A DNA stretch of 64,000 nucleotides. Origin: an uncultured archaeon (lineage in GTDB: Archaea > Aenigmatarchaeota > Aenigmatarchaeia > Aenigmatarchaeales > DAIDAN01). The position numbers were made by a program, and so were the translations under genes. The DNA is taken from positions 1,929 to 65,928 of the forward strand of contig CAZJGC010000002.1 of NCBI GenBank assembly GCA_964545795.1, written 5' to 3'. Under the pieces are notes generated by a model. That model worked only from the letters and a program-made list of their open reading frames with translations, was not told the DNA's origin and did no database searches. The first letter of the stretch is position 1. The number at the start of each line of letters is the position of its first letter. Below, one piece after another: positions 58,702-64,000 of this stretch.

Positions 58702-59252
58702 GCGAAATAATATCTTATGAGACAATAAGAAATGTTCAGAGGAGAGAGAAAGAGGAGAAGGTATTGCAAAAGCTTCCTGAAAATTTCTTTCTTCTTGTAA
58801 GGGAGTGGCTTAGAACCAAAAAGGATTCTGCAAAAGACAGTGCTGGAATAATAGAGCTTGAAAATGCCAAAAATCTTTTGAATGACATAATTAACAGAAG
58901 AGAGACCAAAATAATAATGTCAGCGCTCAATACAGCAAGAGGAAACCTTCCGCCAGAAGGTTTGACAGACGAGGAGGCAAAGTTTTTTGACGAGATTTTA
59001 ATGCTTTTGAAAAATTTTAAGTCAAAGATGCAGGAGGAGATACTTGGTTATGACGGAATAATAGAAGACAAAATCAAATCAGCAAGAGAAGCCGTTTCTG
59101 CAACATTAAAAAAAGTTGAATTTATAGCAGACGTGCCTGAGTTTGTTGATGAAAATATGAATAGATATGGCCCGTTTTCAGCTGGAAGCACAGCAGAAAT
59201 TCCTGCTTCTGTGGCAGAAACATTAATTAAAAGAGGAGTTGTTAAAGTATGA
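58698..59252 (+). CDS. GINS subunit Gins51 (Gins15)-like protein
   Basis: The helical N-domain has LPENFFLLVREWL. The C-terminal beta domain, VEFIADVPEFVDENMNRYGPFSAGSTAEIPASVAETLIKRGVVKV, resembles the Gins51 B-domain. The start overlaps the priS stop, which matches the known priS-gins linkage. Confidence 0.5.
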   Translation: MSEIISYETIRNVQRREKEEKVLQKLPENFFLLVREWLRTKKDSAKDSAGIIELENAKNLLNDIINRRETKIIMSALNTARGNLPPEGLTDEEAKFFDEILMLLKNFKSKMQEEILGYDGIIEDKIKSAREAVSATLKKVEFIADVPEFVDENMNRYGPFSAGSTAEIPASVAETLIKRGVVKV

Positions 59253-59506
59253 ATGCAGATATGCAGAATAGTCAAATAGAGGCAATGAAAAAAATGATTT
59301 TAAGGAGGATACTTGATAAAAATGCATTGGAGAGGCTTGGTCGCGTAAAAATAGCAAATCCTGTTCTTGCTTCGCAGGTTGAGCTATACTTATTGCAGCT
59401 TTACAATGCAGGGCAGATAAGAGGAATAATAAGTGATGCAAAGCTTAAAGAAATTCTTAATGTTCTTGTTGCAAAAAAAGAATGGAGAATAAGAAGGCAA
59501 TCTTAA
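59249..59506 (+). CDS. PDCD5/TFAR19-like dsDNA-binding protein
   Basis: EAMKKMILRRILDKNALERLGRVKIANPVLASQVELYLLQLYNAGQI matches the dsDNA_bind family pattern. Confidence 0.65.
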   Translation: MNADMQNSQIEAMKKMILRRILDKNALERLGRVKIANPVLASQVELYLLQLYNAGQIRGIISDAKLKEILNVLVAKKEWRIRRQS

Positions 59507-59508
59507 AA

Positions 59509-61980
59509 TTAGTTTGGCATTTTAATTCCAAGAAGCCTTGATTCGCCGTTATCCATGCTTACTCCATATACGCAGTCAGCGCTTCTTATTGTTAGGTCGT
59601 TGTGGGTTATTACAATAAACTGCGAGTTTTCCGAATATTTCTTAATAAGTTCAACTATCTTTTTTGTGTTTGTTTTGTCAAGGGCGGCTTCTATTTCGTC
59701 AAGAATATAAAACGGCGCAGGCTTGAACCTTTGCAGCGCGAACAGGAAGGCAAGTGCAACTAATGTTTTTTCTCCTCCTGACATAGAGTCAATATTTAAA
59801 AGCTTCTTTCCTGCCGGAGATGCCTCTATTAAAAGTCCTGATTCAATGTTATCTTCTTCCAGGCGCAGTTCAGCAGCTCCGCCAGTCAAGTCATTATAAA
59901 CCTGCTTAAACTGTTCAGAAACCTTATAGAGCGTTTCCATAAAAGTTTGTTTTCTTTTGTCTTCTATTTCCGTTATTAATTCAACTATTTTGTCTCTTTC
60001 AGCAATGAGTTTTTCAACTTTTTGTTTAAGTTCGTCAAAAACAACTTTCAGTTCTTTATACTCTTCAACGGCTTTCATGTTTATTGGACCAAGGGCATGT
60101 ATTTGAGATGAAACTTCTTTTATTTTCGCTTCAAGCGCTTCAACATCAATATCATAGGTTTCAACTTTCTTGCATTCGCTAAATTCAAGCTTTATGTTTT
60201 CAAGCTCTGCTTCAAGGCGCGCTTTTTGTATCCTTAATCTGTTTATATCATTCTGCAATACAGCCTTTTTCTCAAACAATTTTTTCCTTTTCTGTTTTAT
60301 GGCTTCAAATTCCGAATTGAGTTTGTTTCTTTTGTTTTCAGTCTCTTTTAGTTTTTCACTGCCTTCTGTTTCCTCAGACTGCAGTTCCTTAAGATTTTTT
60401 TCTATTTCAATAATTTCGTTGCTAAGCGCGTCTATTGTTTCGCGCAGTTGCTTCTTTCTTTCATTGTATTTTTTAATTTCATTGATTTCAAATGTTTTTT
60501 GCTTTTTCGCATAAAAACCTCCTACCATAACTCCGCTTCTTTCTATCATGTCCCCGTCTAAACTAACATATCGCCCTCTCTCCAAATTCTTTGCTGTATT
60601 GATATTGTCTGTTATTATCGTGTCGCCAAGAACAAAGGAAAACGCATTTTCGTATTTTTTGTCAAATTCCACAAGGTTTACAGCCACGTCTATGACTCCC
60701 GGTTTTTTCGGAACAGAACAGGATTTTGGTCTTATTTTGTTTAGGGGAAGAAATGTTGCTCTCCCGGATTTTTTCATTTTTAACAGTCTTATGCATTCTA
60801 TTGCTGTGTTGTCGTCTTTAACAATTATGCTGCTTTTATGGTTCCCGCATGCAACTTCTATTGCAGTCTGGTATTCAACAGGGACATTCATTAAAGAAGT
60901 AACAGTTCCATATACTCCTGTTATTCCTGCATTAAGTATTTCGTTTACTGCCTGAGAAGAAACAGACCTGTTCATAATGTTTTTTAGTTTGTCAATAATT
61001 CCGTCAAGACGCTGTTCTTCATCTTTTGCAAATTCAATTTTTGTTCTTTTTGTTGCAATCTCGCTTTTCAGTTTTTCAACTTCTCTTATGAGAGCGACAT
61101 CCTTTGTTCTGTCAAACAGTTCCTTTTCCATTTCCTTTATTTGTTTCTCCTTTTCTTCAAGTTCTTTTTCTGCCAAGTTAAATTCCGAGTCAATTTCTTT
61201 AAGTATCTGTTCCTTTTCATTTATTTTTTCTTCAAGATGCTTCATTGCATCATTTGCTTCTGCAAGTTTCTTTGATGCAAGAGACGCTCTCAGCTTGTCA
61301 AGTTCTGCGGACAAACTTGAATATTGTTCTGCTGCTTTGCTTTCCTTTTCAAGCCTTTCCAGAAGTTTTGACCTTTCGGTTATTACAATGCTTGTTTCTT
61401 TAAGCCTTTCTTCTACTGTCAGCAATTCTCTTTGCGCCTTTGCTTTCTTTTCGTCATATTCCGATATTCCTGATATTTCATTTATTATTTCCTTTCTTTC
61501 AAGCGGGGACATTTCTATAAGTTCTGTAACATCGCCCTGCATGATTATGTTGTATCCGTCAGGCTGAACATTTATATGCCTTAACACTTCAATAATTTTT
61601 TCCCTTGTTACTGTCCTGCCGTTTAATTTATAGATTGATATGCCCTTTCTGTTTATTGTTCTTGATATAACGACAGTGTCTTCTTGAATTGGAATTTCTC
61701 TTTTCTTATTGTCAAAATATATTGAAACTTTTGCGAATTCGGATGGTTTTTTTGATTTGGCGCCGTTGAATATAAGTTCAGTTAGCCTTCCTGCTCTCAT
61801 GCTTTTTGCAGAGCTTCTTCCAAGAACAAAGGCTATTGAATCAAGAATGTTTGACTTTCCCGAACCATTTGGTCCGCATACAACAGAAAAGTTGTCCGGA
61901 AAGGCGACTACTGTCTTTTTTGAGAAGCTCTTAAACCCCTGCATTTCTATTTTCTCTATTTTTGACATTTTATCACACAA
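59509..61980 (-). CDS. smc: SMC chromosome segregation ATPase (short, 823 aa)
   Basis: N-terminal GPNGSGKSN Walker A. Hinge GRATFLPLNKI. Signature motif SGGEKTLVALAFLFALQ. Walker B FYILDEIEAALD. The plus-strand Ser/Phe-rich ORFs 60170..61567 are its shadows. Confidence 0.8.
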   Translation of the reverse strand: MCDKMSKIEKIEMQGFKSFSKKTVVAFPDNFSVVCGPNGSGKSNILDSIAFVLGRSSAKSMRAGRLTELIFNGAKSKKPSEFAKVSIYFDNKKREIPIQEDTVVISRTINRKGISIYKLNGRTVTREKIIEVLRHINVQPDGYNIIMQGDVTELIEMSPLERKEIINEISGISEYDEKKAKAQRELLTVEERLKETSIVITERSKLLERLEKESKAAEQYSSLSAELDKLRASLASKKLAEANDAMKHLEEKINEKEQILKEIDSEFNLAEKELEEKEKQIKEMEKELFDRTKDVALIREVEKLKSEIATKRTKIEFAKDEEQRLDGIIDKLKNIMNRSVSSQAVNEILNAGITGVYGTVTSLMNVPVEYQTAIEVACGNHKSSIIVKDDNTAIECIRLLKMKKSGRATFLPLNKIRPKSCSVPKKPGVIDVAVNLVEFDKKYENAFSFVLGDTIITDNINTAKNLERGRYVSLDGDMIERSGVMVGGFYAKKQKTFEINEIKKYNERKKQLRETIDALSNEIIEIEKNLKELQSEETEGSEKLKETENKRNKLNSEFEAIKQKRKKLFEKKAVLQNDINRLRIQKARLEAELENIKLEFSECKKVETYDIDVEALEAKIKEVSSQIHALGPINMKAVEEYKELKVVFDELKQKVEKLIAERDKIVELITEIEDKRKQTFMETLYKVSEQFKQVYNDLTGGAAELRLEEDNIESGLLIEASPAGKKLLNIDSMSGGEKTLVALAFLFALQRFKPAPFYILDEIEAALDKTNTKKIVELIKKYSENSQFIVITHNDLTIRSADCVYGVSMDNGESRLLGIKMPN

Positions 61981-62099
61981 TAAACTAATGTAAGTTTAAG
62001 TTTTTAATGATTTGTTTTTTTTTTTTGCATTGAAAATATTAAGTGCAGGAAATGCCAAGTAAAGATATTTATAGATAATATAACTTAATAGTATTAGAT

Positions 62100-63119
62100 A
62101 TGATAAAGGTTTCTGCTCCCGGAAAAGTGCATTTTATTGGCGAACATTCCGTTGTCTATGGCGAGCCTGCCATAATATCTACGATTGGCAACAGGTGTTA
62201 TGTTGAGGCTGAAGTTAGCGATGCGGTTGTAATAGATGATGCAACTTTTGGCGAAAAGGCAGAGTTTTCTGTTGAAGAGGTAAAAGATTTTTCAAGAAAA
62301 TTGACAGAATTATGGAAGCAGTGTTATAAGAAAATGGATTTTAGCGAATTAAAAACAATGCTTAAAGAGCACCCATTGAATTATCCCAAAGAGATAATTG
62401 GAAAAAGTTTGGATATGCTGAATATTGATTCTGGAGTTTCAATAAAGATTAATTCCGAAATTCCAATTGGTTCAGGGAACGGTTCTTCTGCTGCGCTGTC
62501 AGTAGCTATAGCAAGGGCTGTTGCCGCTTTGTATGTTCCGGGCGAAACTATTGATAAAATTAATAAAATTGCATTTGAAACAGAGAAGTTTCATAATGGA
62601 AATCCGAGCGGAGGAGACAACTCTACTTGCTGTTATGGTGGAATGGTATGGTTTAAAAAACCTGATATAATAGAACCCTTAAGGCATGAAATTCCATACA
62701 AACTTGAAAATTTCGTGCTTGTCAATAGCGGAACCCCTGAAAAAACAACGGCAGAACTTGTAGCGCATGTCAGAAACCTAAATCCGGAATATAGAAATCC
62801 ATTAATAAAAGGCTTGGGCATCATGACTATGGAAATGAGAGAAGCTTTAAAAAGAAAAGATTTTGGTTTAATGAAGAAGCTGATGAATAGGGCTCAGGAA
62901 AATCTTTCAAAACTTGGCGTCTCTACGCAGAATATAGATAACATTCACGAATGCGTAAAAGATGCAGGAGGTGCTGCAAAACTTTCAGGTGCTGGCGGAG
63001 GAGGAACTGTAATATGTTATCATGATGATAAATCAAAACTTTTGGAAATAGTTCGTGAATTGGGCTATAAATCATGGGAAACAGAACTTGGGGTTGAAGG
63101 AGTTAGAATAGAAACATAA
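62100..63119 (+). CDS. mvk: Mevalonate kinase
   Basis: SAPGKVHFIGEHSVVYG and GSGNGSSAA are GHMP kinase motifs. Confidence 0.8.
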   Translation: MIKVSAPGKVHFIGEHSVVYGEPAIISTIGNRCYVEAEVSDAVVIDDATFGEKAEFSVEEVKDFSRKLTELWKQCYKKMDFSELKTMLKEHPLNYPKEIIGKSLDMLNIDSGVSIKINSEIPIGSGNGSSAALSVAIARAVAALYVPGETIDKINKIAFETEKFHNGNPSGGDNSTCCYGGMVWFKKPDIIEPLRHEIPYKLENFVLVNSGTPEKTTAELVAHVRNLNPEYRNPLIKGLGIMTMEMREALKRKDFGLMKKLMNRAQENLSKLGVSTQNIDNIHECVKDAGGAAKLSGAGGGGTVICYHDDKSKLLEIVRELGYKSWETELGVEGVRIET

Positions 63120-63140
63120 TAAAAATTAAGTGGTGGTGTT

Positions 63141-64000
63141 ATGCATAATCTGAAAAAACAGACAGTTATTCCGGCAGGGTTTGAAAATGTTTACGAAGAA
63201 ATGAAATTAAATAATGATGTTATTCTTAAGAAGTTAATGAGTTACAGAAAAATTCAGGAGTTTCCTGAAATTCCTGAGAATATTGGAAGCTTGAACGGCG
63301 AAGGCGCTGCTTTGGGATATCCTATACAAGGAATTCTAAAATATCATGGAATGAGCGATTGGCAGAACAGGATTGCCTACCTTCCTTCAATCTCTTTAAA
63401 TAACGATGCGGCGCACACAAAAACTTATGTTAGGTTTTCTCCGGATTTTGCTAAAGATAAAATTATTATAAATGGAAGAATCGCAGAAGGCAGAGAGGCT
63501 GATAGAGTTTTGCAAACTCTTGATTTTATAAGAGAAATTACAAATACAAATACAAAAGCCCTTGTGGTGTCAAAAAACTTTGTCTCTATCCCGGAAGCCA
63601 AAGGTCTTGGGACTTCGGCATCTGGTTCTGTTGCATTGGCTCTTGCTGCAATACAGGCTTCATTAGGCGAGGAATATGTGCGTAACAAAAGATTTTCAAG
63701 CATAGTTTCAAGATATCTTGCTGGTTCTGGTTGCAGGTCTGCTGCAGGCGGAATTTCTTTATGGTTATCTTATCCCGGAATACCGTCCATAGATTCTTAT
63801 GCAGTTCGCCTTGATGATAACAGCCTTGATGATATAAGTTTGATAACAATTCCCATAAAGTCAAGAATATCTTTGAAGACGGAAGAGGCGCATAGAGACG
63901 CTCCAAATTCTGATTTCTTTAAAACATGGATGCTTCAGAGAAAGGATAAGGTAATTGATGTTATAGACGCAATAAGAGATTCAGATTTTGAAAGGGTTGC
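63141..64000 (+). CDS. Mevalonate-pyrophosphate decarboxylase family enzyme; 3-prime end truncated by the window
   Basis: ILKYHGMSDWQNRIAYLPSISL, KGLGTSASGSVALA and RYLAGSGCRSAAGGISLW are MVD-family motifs. The frame is open to the window end, so the ORF is absent from the track. Confidence 0.65.
   Translation, partial: MHNLKKQTVIPAGFENVYEEMKLNNDVILKKLMSYRKIQEFPEIPENIGSLNGEGAALGYPIQGILKYHGMSDWQNRIAYLPSISLNNDAAHTKTYVRFSPDFAKDKIIINGRIAEGREADRVLQTLDFIREITNTNTKALVVSKNFVSIPEAKGLGTSASGSVALALAAIQASLGEEYVRNKRFSSIVSRYLAGSGCRSAAGGISLWLSYPGIPSIDSYAVRLDDNSLDDISLITIPIKSRISLKTEEAHRDAPNSDFFKTWMLQRKDKVIDVIDAIRDSDFERV

Noticed and set aside
60170-61567. Ser/Phe/Leu-rich plus-strand ORFs
   Set aside because: They are opposite-strand shadows of the SMC coiled-coil region, whose Glu/Lys-rich codons read as Phe/Ser/Leu on the other strand.
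1-64000. rRNA genes, CRISPR arrays, and transposase or integrase genes
   Set aside because: No rRNA-like conserved stretches, no arrays of regularly spaced direct repeats, and no recombinase motifs were seen in any frame of the window.

Overview
This AT-rich, gene-dense window looks like a small-genome archaeon, probably DPANN-like. The evidence is leaderless TATA promoters, archaeal information-processing genes, form-III RuBisCO with the AMP salvage pathway, and the archaeal mevalonate trio. About 75 features are called. The core genes are: FEN-1; HMG-CoA reductase, HMG-CoA synthase, thiolase and a DUF35 protein; pyruvate:ferredoxin oxidoreductase (porGDAB); protein-L-isoaspartate methyltransferase; R15P isomerase, RuBisCO-III, AMP phosphorylase and archaeal PGM; Pelota; a FlaI-like ATPase with a FlaJ-like membrane platform; glutamate dehydrogenase; hybrid cluster protein; an XPD-like helicase; TrpRS and PheRS alpha/beta; a MinD-like ATPase; ribosomal S8e and L37e; SmAP; PriS, a Gins51-like protein and a PDCD5-like protein; SMC; and mevalonate kinase with an MVD-family decarboxylase that runs off the window end. 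The three most interesting regions are these. (1) A type-IV-pilus-like locus at 22.6-35.6 kb: the ATPase and membrane platform are followed by at least nine cysteine-rich ORFs with prepilin-like N-termini. This is a candidate attachment apparatus. (2) A 7.7-kb cassette at 48926-56696 bounded by about 40-bp imperfect terminal inverted repeats. It carries an RHH protein, a Panacea/UPF0175 protein, a DUF3368 PIN-like protein, an unknown 358-aa protein, and a Type III restriction-modification system, inserted between rps8e and the SmAP-L37e-priS cluster. (3) Smaller items: a hairpin repeat family with two copies, a tRNA-like gene with about 40 nt of extra sequence, a decayed Asp/Glu racemase gene, and structured non-coding spacers. 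Coordinates taken from the ORF track are exact. Coordinates I derived by hand may be off by 1-2 nt.
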